A program made the translations under genes and the position numbers. Below are positions 8,174-16,712 of a stretch of DNA of 64,000 bases, piece by piece. Position 1 is the first letter of the stretch, and each line of letters begins with the position of its first letter. Origin of the DNA: Oscillospiraceae bacterium (GTDB lineage: Bacteria; Bacillota; Clostridia; Oscillospirales; CAG-272); contig SVUF01000001.1 of assembly GCA_015063395.1 (NCBI GenBank), forward strand, positions 1,336 through 65,335. The letters run 5' to 3'. The notes under the pieces are model-generated. The model was not told the DNA's origin. It did not search any database and saw only the letters and a program-made list of their open reading frames with translations.

Positions 8174-9829
8174 TTATTGCGGCTTATAGGAATCCTTCAA
8201 GGAAACAGAACGGTTGAACGTGCTCGGGTTCTTGGTGTCGGGTGTGAAATAGCCTGTTCTTACAAATTGGAACTTGTCACCCGGCTTTGCGTCCTTGAGG
8301 GAAGCTTCTGCTTTGCAGTGTGTGAGCTTCTTTACTGAATCGGGGTTTACATAATCAAGATAATTCTCACCTTCGGGAAGAACGATCATGTCTTTTCTTG
8401 TAAACAGACGGTCATAAAGCATTACGTCAACGTCGATACACTCGGTAGCAGATACCCAATGGATCGTTCCCTTGATCTTTCTTCCGTCAACGGGATTTCC
8501 GTTTCCGCTTTCAAGGTCAGCGGTGCAGAGGATCTCCTTGATGCTTCCATCTTCGTTCTTGACAATTTCGTTGCACTTAACGATATAAGCGCCCATGAGA
8601 CGAACTTCACCGTCGGGCTTCATTCTGAAGAATTTCGGGGGAGGAACCTCGGCAAAGTCCTCGCGGTCGATGTATACTTCCCTTGTAAATGGTATCTTTC
8701 TTGTACCTGCTTCAGGGCAGTTAGGGTTATTTGTTACCTCAAAGTATTCAGTTTTGTCCTCGGGATAGTTGGTGATCACTACCTTTATAGGATCGAGAAC
8801 GCAGATACGTCTTTCTGCCTTTTGGTTCAGCTCCTCGCGCAGACAATGCTCAAGAAGCTCAATGTCAACAATGCTGTTGGCTTTGGCAACACCTGTTCTT
8901 GCGGCAAAATCAAGAATTGAGGAGGGTGTATATCCGCGGCGTCTGAGGGCCTTCAGAGTGGGCATTCTGGGGTCGTCCCAACCGTCAACTCTGCCTGTTT
9001 CAACAAGCTCGCGGAGATATCTCTTACTCATTACGGTGTAGGTCACGTTCATTCTTGCAAATTCTCTCTGCTTGGGCTTATGCTCAAATCCGATATTGTC
9101 AACTACCCACTCATAAAGAGGACGGTGGTTTTCAAATTCGATGGAGCAAAGGGAGTGCGTGATGCCCTCAAGTGCGTCCTGAATGGGATGTGCGTAGTCA
9201 TAAAGAGGATAGATGCACCACTTGTTACCCTGACGGTGATGAGTTGCTCTTACAATTCTGTAGATGGCAGGGTCGCGCATGTTAAGGTTTGGGGAAGCCA
9301 TATCGATCTTTGCTCTGAGAGTTTTTGAGCCATCGGCAAATTCACCGTTTTTCATTCTCTCAAAAAGATCAAGGTTTTCTTCGATGCTGCGGTTACGGTA
9401 GGGGCTGTCCTTGCCGGGCTCGGTAAGGGTTCCGCGGTACTCACGCATTTCGTCCTTGGAAAGATCGCAGACATATGCCTTTCCGTCCTTGATGAGCTTT
9501 ACTGCAAATTCATAGCAGGCGTCAAAATAGTCGGAGCCGTAGTAAATTCCGCCGTCGGGCTCAGCACCAAGCCACATTAGATCCTCGTAAATGGACTCTA
9601 CATATTCGTTGTCCTCTTTTGCAGGGTTGGTGTCATCATAACGGAGATTGAAAAGACCGTTGTATTTCTGTTTTGTTGAGTAGTTGATCCATATCGCCTT
9701 TGCACTTCCGATGTGAAGATATCCGTTGGGCTCGGGCGGAAAACGGGTGTGGATCTTTTCAACAGCGCCTTCAGCAAGGTCGGCGTCAATTATATCATGT
9801 ATAAAATTACCTTTGATTTCTTCTGCCAT
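8174..9829 (-). CDS. glnS: glutamine--tRNA ligase
   Basis: Class I motifs are present: RFPPEPNGYLHIGSAKA (HIGH) and VMSKR (KMSKS). The 551-aa length is typical of GlnRS. Confidence 0.93.
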   Translation of the reverse strand: MAEEIKGNFIHDIIDADLAEGAVEKIHTRFPPEPNGYLHIGSAKAIWINYSTKQKYNGLFNLRYDDTNPAKEDNEYVESIYEDLMWLGAEPDGGIYYGSDYFDACYEFAVKLIKDGKAYVCDLSKDEMREYRGTLTEPGKDSPYRNRSIEENLDLFERMKNGEFADGSKTLRAKIDMASPNLNMRDPAIYRIVRATHHRQGNKWCIYPLYDYAHPIQDALEGITHSLCSIEFENHRPLYEWVVDNIGFEHKPKQREFARMNVTYTVMSKRYLRELVETGRVDGWDDPRMPTLKALRRRGYTPSSILDFAARTGVAKANSIVDIELLEHCLREELNQKAERRICVLDPIKVVITNYPEDKTEYFEVTNNPNCPEAGTRKIPFTREVYIDREDFAEVPPPKFFRMKPDGEVRLMGAYIVKCNEIVKNEDGSIKEILCTADLESGNGNPVDGRKIKGTIHWVSATECIDVDVMLYDRLFTRKDMIVLPEGENYLDYVNPDSVKKLTHCKAEASLKDAKPGDKFQFVRTGYFTPDTKNPSTFNRSVSLKDSYKPQ

Positions 9830-9865
9830 GTTATTTTACTCCTTTTGGTTTGGATTTGTTTTTTT

Positions 9866-10033
9866 GGGGCGTTGCCCCATACCCCACCAAAGAAACTTTT
9901 TGAAAAAAGTTTCTTTGGAATCTTCAAAAACTTTTGGGATTTTGGATATGATTTAGAGGCACTGACTAAAATAAAAAGAAAACCTCAATTATAAAAGTTT
10001 TTTGATCCAAACTTTTTTACAAAAAAGTTTGGT
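9866..10033. repeat. Mosaic of hairpin repeat modules filling the gltX-glnS spacer
   Basis: The modules are ggggcgttgccccataccccacc (9866-9888), the palindrome ccaaagaaactttttgaaaaaagtttctttgg (9887-9918), cttcaaaaacttttggg, and a 39-mer at 9995-10033 that is identical to 47606-47644. Confidence 0.9.
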
Positions 10034-10053
10034 AAAAAGCCCCATTATAAATA

Positions 10054-11745
10054 TCATAAATTACAAATAAAATTTTTAATTCTTTCGTTGACCTTGTCCT
10101 GACCGATGATCTGCATTATGGTGTAGAGATCGGGTGAGTTGAGCTTGCCCGTAACAGCAACGCGCAAGAACATGCTGACGTCGCCAACGTGTCCGCGGTA
10201 GGCATCGGGGTTTGATTTATAAAGCTTAACATCGGGAGCATATCCGATCTGCTCGGAGATAGCCTTTACGTTTTCAAACCAAGCGTTGTTATCGCAGGCG
10301 GGGTCATAGGTTGTCATGAATTTTTCAAGAGCGGATTTTACATCAGCTTTTGAGAAATTTTCGGGGATCTCGTCGATGTATGAGAAATAATCGTCATAGA
10401 AAAGGGACATATAGGGCTTAACATCCGTCCATGTTGCAAAGTCCTTACGGGGCTTCTTGCCGCCTCTGCCAATTGACAGGATCGCTTTTGCATAGTCCTC
10501 GTCGGCGGTAAGCTTTTCGTAGAAGTGGGGGTCAAAGTCCTTTGCCCACAGAACAACTTCGTTGTAGACCTCTTCTGCTGTCATTCTGCAGATCACGTTT
10601 TTTGAAACGTCATTCAGCTTGTTAAAGTCGAAAAGACAGCCGGAGGTTGACATTTTTTTGATGTTGAAGGGAAATTCTGTGTATGGCTTTTCGGGATTTT
10701 GTGTGTGCCATTCCTCGTAGTTGGAGTTGAGCAGAGTCATGATATATTCGATGACAGCCTTAGGTGAATATCCCATGCGTGTATAGTCGTCCATGTTTGC
10801 GCCCATATCACGTTTTGAAAGCTTCTTTTTGTTTCCTTCCTCGTCAAGACGCATGATCTGAGCGATGTGCATATATTTTGGAAGCTTAAAGCCAAGATAT
10901 TCAAAAAGCATAATGTGACGGGGCAGGCTGGGGAGCCATTCCTCACCTCTGATTACATGTGTGGTGCCCATGAGGTGATCGTCCACTGCGTGAGCAAAAT
11001 GATATGTGGGGATTCCGTTGCTCTTGAGGAGAACCTCGTCCTTATCGTTTACGGGAAGCTCCAATGTGCCTTTGATGAGGTCGGTGATCTTTATTTTCTT
11101 TTCGGGATCATCGCATTTTGCAAGCATACGGAGTACAAATTGGTCACCGTTTGCAAGATGGGATTCAACCTCTTCTATGGTGATCTCGCGGAGCTTCAGC
11201 ATTTCAGCCATTTGTGCAGCAGTCGCTTCCTCTGTCCATTCTTTATTTTTGATCTCTGTTTTTTTGTCGGTCTTTTCAAGCTCCTCAAGCTCTTCAGCCG
11301 ATGTGAATACAGGGTAGGCAAGACCTTTTTTTACAAGCTCCTTGGCAAATACGTGGTAGATCTCTTTACGCTGACTCTGCTTGTAGGGACCGTAATCGCC
11401 CTTGGAACCAATTGCGCCGTCCTCGTTGATCACTGCGCCCTCGTCAAATTTGATGCCATAGCGTTCAAGGGTTTTTATAAGACCTTCTGCGGCGCCGGGA
11501 ACCTCTCTTTTTCCGTCGGTGTCTTCGATTCTGAGGTAAAATACACCACCCGAAAGGTGAGCAAGTCTTTCACCTACGGTTGAAGGGAAAAGACCGCCAA
11601 AATGTACAAATCCCGTGGGGCTTGGGGCAAATCTGGTAACCTTTGCTCCTTCGGGGAGCTGTCTTTTGGGGTATCTCTGCTCAATTTCCTCGGGAGTGAG
11701 TGTCACATCGGGAAAAAGCAGATCCGCAAGTTTCTGATAATCCAT
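10054..11745 (-). CDS. gltX: glutamate--tRNA ligase (long form)
   Basis: RFAPSPTGFVHFGG (HIGH-type) and KLSKRD (KMSKS) are present. The protein is 563 aa. Confidence 0.9.
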   Translation of the reverse strand: MDYQKLADLLFPDVTLTPEEIEQRYPKRQLPEGAKVTRFAPSPTGFVHFGGLFPSTVGERLAHLSGGVFYLRIEDTDGKREVPGAAEGLIKTLERYGIKFDEGAVINEDGAIGSKGDYGPYKQSQRKEIYHVFAKELVKKGLAYPVFTSAEELEELEKTDKKTEIKNKEWTEEATAAQMAEMLKLREITIEEVESHLANGDQFVLRMLAKCDDPEKKIKITDLIKGTLELPVNDKDEVLLKSNGIPTYHFAHAVDDHLMGTTHVIRGEEWLPSLPRHIMLFEYLGFKLPKYMHIAQIMRLDEEGNKKKLSKRDMGANMDDYTRMGYSPKAVIEYIMTLLNSNYEEWHTQNPEKPYTEFPFNIKKMSTSGCLFDFNKLNDVSKNVICRMTAEEVYNEVVLWAKDFDPHFYEKLTADEDYAKAILSIGRGGKKPRKDFATWTDVKPYMSLFYDDYFSYIDEIPENFSKADVKSALEKFMTTYDPACDNNAWFENVKAISEQIGYAPDVKLYKSNPDAYRGHVGDVSMFLRVAVTGKLNSPDLYTIMQIIGQDKVNERIKNFICNL

Positions 11746-11795
11746 TTTTTATCTCCTTTGATCTGAATGTTTGCTGATTTGGAAAATATTATTTA

Positions 11796-12401
11796 TTATT
11801 TTTCTCCGAAATATTCGGCAATTGTAAATTCGCAAGGTCCGTGTCCGGGGTATATCAGGGTGTCCTTGGGTAAATTTTTCAAGGATCTGATGGATCTTAC
11901 TATGGTGTCAAAGCTGCCGCCGTAAAGATCCACCCTGCCGTAAGAGCCGTAAAAAACCAAGTCTCCTGAAAAAAGACGGTTGTCGATAAGGTATGAAACA
12001 GAACCCTTGGAATGTCCGGGAGTGTGGAAAGCTCTGATTGTAATGTCCTTTATATACAGGAACGGATCCCCGCAGATGTGTCTGACACGGTTTGTGTTTA
12101 TGGTTTGTCCGCAAAAAAGCAAATGCAAGGAGCCGTTTTTTGAGCCATCCTCCAGCATTTCCGCATCATCCTCATGAATATAGATGTCAACGCCATATTT
12201 CTCGGCAAGAGTGTCTGCGCCGGTGATGTGGTCAAAATGTCCGTGAGTCAGAAGAATTGCCGACGGCTTTTTGTTATCTTCAAGATGTTTTATAAGCTCG
12301 TAGCAGCAATCGGCGGGATCGATTATGAGACAGGCTTCGTCGGACTCCACTATATAGGTGTTTGTGGAAAGAAGTCCCGTTGCGATGCGTTTGATTTTCA
12401 T
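11796..12401 (-). CDS. MBL-fold metallo-hydrolase (glyoxalase II-like)
   Basis: LLTHGHFDHITG metal-binding motif, 201 aa. Confidence 0.8.
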   Translation of the reverse strand: MKIKRIATGLLSTNTYIVESDEACLIIDPADCCYELIKHLEDNKKPSAILLTHGHFDHITGADTLAEKYGVDIYIHEDDAEMLEDGSKNGSLHLLFCGQTINTNRVRHICGDPFLYIKDITIRAFHTPGHSKGSVSYLIDNRLFSGDLVFYGSYGRVDLYGGSFDTIVRSIRSLKNLPKDTLIYPGHGPCEFTIAEYFGEK

Positions 12402-12545
12402 AATAACCGTTTCCTAACATTATATTTCATTATATAATAACATATTGCCGATATGATGTCAAGAATTTTTTTGAGTTTTGCGGGGAAATGCAAAGAAAAT
12501 TGATGAGAAATTAATAGAATGTTTACAAAAAATGAGGAAAAACTC

Positions 12546-12574
12546 TTGACAAAAATCGGAAAATGTAGTAATAT
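12546..12574 (+). promoter_or_regulatory. sigma-A type promoter for rpsF-ssb-rpsR
   Basis: TTGACA (12546-12551), a 17-nt spacer, then TAATAT (12569-12574). Confidence 0.6.
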
Positions 12575-12662
12575 AACTTGTCAGAAAAGTTGAAAAGGCT
12601 TTTCTCCTTACTGCGGAAAATATTGAGTCCGCAGTCTAAAGTCCATAGGGAGGTGTAAAGAA

Positions 12663-12953
12663 ATGGCAAAAACAATTTCGTCTTACGAAACAATTTTTGT
12701 TGTTGATCTTCAGCTCGGTGATGAAGGTGTTGCCGCTGTAATTGAGAAGTTCAAGGCTCTTATTGCAGAAAACGGAACAATTTCTGAAGTAAACGAGTGG
12801 GGCAAGCGCAGACTTGCATATCCGATCAACGACCAGAATGACGGCTATTATGTTTATGTTACATTCACAGCTGCTCCGGATTTTCCCGCAGAGCTCAACA
12901 GAGTGTACCACATAACAGAAGGCATTCTCAGAAGCGTTGTAGTCAGCAAGTAA
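12663..12953 (+). CDS. rpsF: 30S ribosomal protein S6
   Basis: YETIFVV...WGKRRLAYPI. The conserved rpsF-ssb-rpsR gene order supports the call. Confidence 0.95.
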   Translation: MAKTISSYETIFVVDLQLGDEGVAAVIEKFKALIAENGTISEVNEWGKRRLAYPINDQNDGYYVYVTFTAAPDFPAELNRVYHITEGILRSVVVSK

Positions 12954-12971
12954 TTGAAGGGGTAGTGAATA

Positions 12972-13430
12972 ATGGCTAATTTTAATTTTAACAAAGTTAT
13001 TCTTGGCGGTAGACTTACAGCCGATCCCGAACTTAAGCAGACACCAAACGGAACATCCGTAACAACATTCACGGTAGCGGTAAACCGCCGTTCATCAAAG
13101 GCTGAACAGCGTACAGCGGATTTCATCAACTGTGTTGCATGGCGTCAGCAGGCGGAGCTTATCTCAAGATATTTCCACAAGGGCAGCTGTATCTGCATTG
13201 TGGGTAATATTCAGGTGAGAAACTGGACTGATCAAAACGGTCAGAAGCGCTACACTACGGAAGTAATTGTTGATGAAGTGAACTTTGTTGACAGTGCTTC
13301 AGAGAACAAGGGAAGCTCGGAAGCTGCATACAATCCTTACGGAAACGCAGAAACTCCGACATTCTCATCAAACAAGGACGAAGCTCCTAAATTTGAACAG
13401 ATGGTCGATGATGACGATCTTCCGTTCTGA
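12972..13430 (+). CDS. ssb: single-stranded DNA-binding protein
   Basis: An OB-fold N-terminus (NKVILGGRLTADPELKQTPNG) and an acidic C-terminal tip (DDDLPF). Confidence 0.95.
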   Translation: MANFNFNKVILGGRLTADPELKQTPNGTSVTTFTVAVNRRSSKAEQRTADFINCVAWRQQAELISRYFHKGSCICIVGNIQVRNWTDQNGQKRYTTEVIVDEVNFVDSASENKGSSEAAYNPYGNAETPTFSSNKDEAPKFEQMVDDDDLPF

Positions 13431-13456
13431 AAAATCTGACAAGGAGGAAATAAGAA

Positions 13457-13798
13457 ATGAATCTTGAGAACGTAGCAGTTCAGGAGACAGAGGTAGTAGC
13501 TCCCGAAACTGAAAATACAACAGAAGCTCCCGCAGCACCTGCTGAGGAAGGCGTAAAGAAGCCCTACCGTTCAGGAAATATGAACAACCGTAGAAAGAAG
13601 AAGGTTTGTCTTTTCTGCACAGACAAGACAGCAACAATCGACTACAAAGAGCCCAACAAGCTCCGCAAGTTCACATCTGAGCGCGGCAAGATCCTTCCCA
13701 GAAGAGTAACAGGAACTTGTGCTATGCATCAGCGTGAGGTAACAAGAGCAATCAAGCTTGCAAGAGTTGTTGCACTTCTTCCCTACACAACAGACTAA
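13457..13798 (+). CDS. rpsR: 30S ribosomal protein S18 (with an acidic/Pro-Ala-rich N-terminal extension)
   Basis: The S18 core is [44 protein letters not shown] lies 8 nt upstream of ATG 13457. Confidence 0.9.
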   Translation: MNLENVAVQETEVVAPETENTTEAPAAPAEEGVKKPYRSGNMNNRRKKKVCLFCTDKTATIDYKEPNKLRKFTSERGKILPRRVTGTCAMHQREVTRAIKLARVVALLPYTTD

Positions 13799-13825
13799 TT
13801 GAAGGTCGGTAAACTAAATATACAG

Positions 13826-13866
13826 AGTTCCGCAGATCTGCAAGGATTTGCGGAGCTTTTTTGTTT
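13826..13866 (+). terminator. intrinsic terminator after rpsR
   Basis: Stem tccgca(13829-13834)/tgcgga(13849-13854) followed by gcttttttg. Confidence 0.6.
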
Positions 13867-13921
13867 TAAAAAACAGTTGATAAGGTGGTATTGGAATCGT
13901 CTGTGATAATTGTTTCTTAAC

Positions 13922-13948
13922 GGACCGCGCGAGGACTTCGGTCCCTGC
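13922..13948. repeat. GGACCG...CGGTCC hairpin repeat (copy 1 of 2)
   Basis: ggaccgcgcgaggacttcggtccctgc. Compare ggaccgtcgaggacgccggtccctac at 55205-55230. Confidence 0.8.
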
Positions 13949-14234
13949 AAAAAATCAGTTAGTGCATCTTGGGGATGTTTGATCTATAAATCACCTGCCC
14001 AAGACAGACGAAAGCGCAGTGGAGCAAGGGGGAATGAGTTCGGCGAAGGCTTTATAATACATCGATCAAAGAAAGAAGCAAGACGAGGCAAAGTGATTGA
14101 CAAAGCGGATTGCGATTCCCGACAGCAATGAGGCTTAATGAGTATTTTTTTCCTCATTTCGGAAAGCTAAGTACGGATTTACAAAAATGTAAAGAAGAAA
14201 ACATGGAAAAGAAGTAGAAATTTCAAAAAACACC

Positions 14235-14263
14235 TTGACAGAAAAGTGGAAAGATTGTATAAT
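14235..14263 (+). promoter_or_regulatory. consensus sigma-A promoter of the hydrogenase operon
   Basis: TTGACA (14235-14240), a 17-nt spacer, then TATAAT (14258-14263). Confidence 0.7.
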
Positions 14264-14321
14264 TGAGTCAACAGTGCGCACAGACAAATGCTGTGCAAGA
14301 AAGATAAGGAGGCAAAAAATT

Positions 14322-14810
14322 ATGGCTCATTTAAATGAAGCTGCTGTCGCTAAAATTAACGAAATATGCGACAGATATGCAGAGGAAAGAACACCCCTTA
14401 TGATGATTTTGAGCGACATTCAGAAGGAATACGGATACATTCCTTTGGAGGTACAGGAAATCGTCAGCAAGAGAACAGGACTCAGCGTTTCTGAGATCTA
14501 CGGTGTTGTAACCTTTTATTCGTTCTTCTCACTTAAACCGAAAGGAAAATACATCGTCGGAGTATGTCTCGGTACTGCTTGTTACGTTAAGGGCGCACAG
14601 CAGGTAATCGATAAGTTTTCCGAGCTTCTCGGCATTGCACCCGGTGAAACAACCGAGGACGGAATGTTCACAATCGACGCACTCCGTTGCATCGGTGCTT
14701 GCGGTATCGCACCCGCAGTATCCATTAACGGAAAGGTATACCCCAAGGTTGCAGTTTCTGCAGTAAAGGGTATTATTGACGAACTTCGTGCAGAAGGAGG
14801 AGCAAACTAA
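14322..14810 (+). CDS. hydC: NuoE-like [2Fe-2S] subunit of the trimeric [FeFe]-hydrogenase (HydC/HndA type)
   Basis: ATG 14322 follows AAGGAGG. The Cys pattern (VCLGTACYVKG ... LRCIGACGIAP) is thioredoxin-like NuoE. The gene is translationally abutted to the NuoF-like gene. Confidence 0.85.
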   Translation: MAHLNEAAVAKINEICDRYAEERTPLMMILSDIQKEYGYIPLEVQEIVSKRTGLSVSEIYGVVTFYSFFSLKPKGKYIVGVCLGTACYVKGAQQVIDKFSELLGIAPGETTEDGMFTIDALRCIGACGIAPAVSINGKVYPKVAVSAVKGIIDELRAEGGAN

Positions 14811-16699
14811 TGTTTATTAAGAATTTTGATGAGCTTGCAAAAATACAGGCAAGCTGTACAACCGCTCTCAGCGGAAAATTCTCAGGCGAAGGCAACAAGC
14901 GCGCAATCGTGCTTTGCGGAGGAACAGGATGTCTTTCTTCCAATTCTGCTGATATTAAGGCGAAGATCGAGGCTAAGCTTGAGGAAAAGGGACTCACAGA
15001 CAGAGTGTCCGTAAACCTTGTTGGTTGCTTTGGATTCTGCTCACAGGGACCTTTCGTAAAGATCTATCCCGAAGATACACTTTATCGTCTTGTTACTCTT
15101 GATGATGTTGACGAGATCATTGAAAAGGATATCATCGGCGGAGAAGTAGTTGAAAGACTTCTCTATGTTGATCCCTCCACACTTGAAAAGGTAACAAAGC
15201 AGGAGGATATCAACTTCTATAAGAAGCAGGTAAGAATCAGCCTTGACGGTTGCGGCGTAATCAATCCTGAGGACATTAATGAGGCTCTTGGAGCAGGCGC
15301 ATTTGCAGGTCTTGCAAAGGCACTTCAGATGGATCGCGCAGACGTAATCAAGGAAGTACTTGATTCCGGACTCAGAGGCCGTGGAGGCGGCGGATTCCCT
15401 ACAGGAAGAAAGTGGCAGTTCGCATATGCTCAGCCCGACGGCGAAAAGTATGTAGTATGTAACGGTGACGAGGGCGACCCCGGTGCGTTCATGGACCGTT
15501 CCATTCTTGAAGGTAACCCCCTTGCAGTTATCGAAGGTATGGCTATCGCAGGTTATGCAATCGGTGCACAGAACGGTTACTTCTATGTAAGAGCAGAGTA
15601 CCCCATTGCTGTAAACCGTCTCAGACTTGCAATCAAGCAGGCTGAAGAGGTCGGACTTCTCGGAGACAATATTCTCGGAACAGACTTCTCCTTCCGTGCG
15701 CACATCAGACTTGGTGCAGGTGCGTTTGTATGCGGAGAGGAAACAGCTCTTCTTAACTCTATTGAAGGACAGAGAGGTATGCCCAGACCCCGTCCTCCGT
15801 TCCCTGCAGTTAAGGGACTTTGGGAATGTCCTACAATCGTTAACAACGTTGAATCACTTGCGTGTGTTCCTTACATACTTCGTAACGGCGCTGAAAAGTT
15901 TGCTCAGTACGGTACAGAGAAGTCCAAGGGTACAAAGGTATTTGCGCTTGGCGGTAAGGTAAACAACGTAGGTCTTGTTGAAATTCCTATGGGAACAACT
16001 CTCCGTGAGCTTATCTATGATATCGGCGGCGGAATCCCGGATGGAAAGAAGTTCAAGGCAATCCAGACAGGCGGACCTTCAGGCGGATGTCTTACAGAAA
16101 AGGATCTTGACGTAGCTATCGACTTTGATAGCCTTGTTGCTAAGGGCTCAATGATGGGTTCAGGCGGAGCTATCGTAATGGACGAGGACAACTGTATGGT
16201 TGACGTTGCTAAGTTCTATATGGAATTTATCTGCGACGAGTCCTGCGGTAAGTGTACACCTTGCCGTGTTGGTACAAAGAGACTTCTTGAATACCTTGAG
16301 AAGATCTGTGACGGTAAGGCAACAATGCAGGATCTTGAGGAGCTTGAGGCTCTTGCTGAGACAATCAAGGCAGGATCACTTTGCGCTCTCGGACAGACAG
16401 CAGCAAACCCTGTACTTTCAACACTCAAGTCATTCAGAGACGAATACATCGCTCATATCGTTGACAAGAAATGTCCCGCAAAGGTATGTAAGAACCTTAT
16501 GTCTTACGCTATCGATCCCGACAAGTGCGTAGGATGCGGACTTTGCGAAAGACAGTGTCCCGTATCTGCAATCATTAAGACAGATTACGTTGCACCCGGT
16601 CACAAGCTTCCTTCAAGAAAGATTCTTGATGACAAGTGTATCAAGTGCGGTTTGTGTATGTCTTCTTGTAAGAAGTTCAATGCTATTGAAAAGAAATAA
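14810..16699 (+). CDS. hydB: NuoF-like flavoprotein subunit (NAD(P)-binding, FMN, Fe-S) of the [FeFe]-hydrogenase (HydB type)
   Basis: GLRGRGGGGFPTGRKW, CNGDEGDPGAF, ESCGKCTPCR and two C-terminal CxxCxxCxxxCP ferredoxin motifs are present, together with an N-terminal [2Fe-2S] thioredoxin-like domain. Confidence 0.9.
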   Translation: MFIKNFDELAKIQASCTTALSGKFSGEGNKRAIVLCGGTGCLSSNSADIKAKIEAKLEEKGLTDRVSVNLVGCFGFCSQGPFVKIYPEDTLYRLVTLDDVDEIIEKDIIGGEVVERLLYVDPSTLEKVTKQEDINFYKKQVRISLDGCGVINPEDINEALGAGAFAGLAKALQMDRADVIKEVLDSGLRGRGGGGFPTGRKWQFAYAQPDGEKYVVCNGDEGDPGAFMDRSILEGNPLAVIEGMAIAGYAIGAQNGYFYVRAEYPIAVNRLRLAIKQAEEVGLLGDNILGTDFSFRAHIRLGAGAFVCGEETALLNSIEGQRGMPRPRPPFPAVKGLWECPTIVNNVESLACVPYILRNGAEKFAQYGTEKSKGTKVFALGGKVNNVGLVEIPMGTTLRELIYDIGGGIPDGKKFKAIQTGGPSGGCLTEKDLDVAIDFDSLVAKGSMMGSGGAIVMDEDNCMVDVAKFYMEFICDESCGKCTPCRVGTKRLLEYLEKICDGKATMQDLEELEALAETIKAGSLCALGQTAANPVLSTLKSFRDEYIAHIVDKKCPAKVCKNLMSYAIDPDKCVGCGLCERQCPVSAIIKTDYVAPGHKLPSRKILDDKCIKCGLCMSSCKKFNAIEKK

Positions 16700-16712
16700 G
16701 GGGGAATAACAA

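Noticed and set aside
10867-11583. 238-aa plus-strand ORF
   Set aside because: It is antisense to gltX (HIGH/KMSKS present on the minus strand). It has no RBS and a low-complexity, Phe/Leu/Cys-rich translation.
13910-14131. 73-aa plus-strand ORF between rpsR and the hydrogenase operon
   Set aside because: It has a TTG start without an RBS and a very basic, repeat-derived composition, and it contains the GGACCG hairpin. I treated it as non-coding (see the finding on this spacer).
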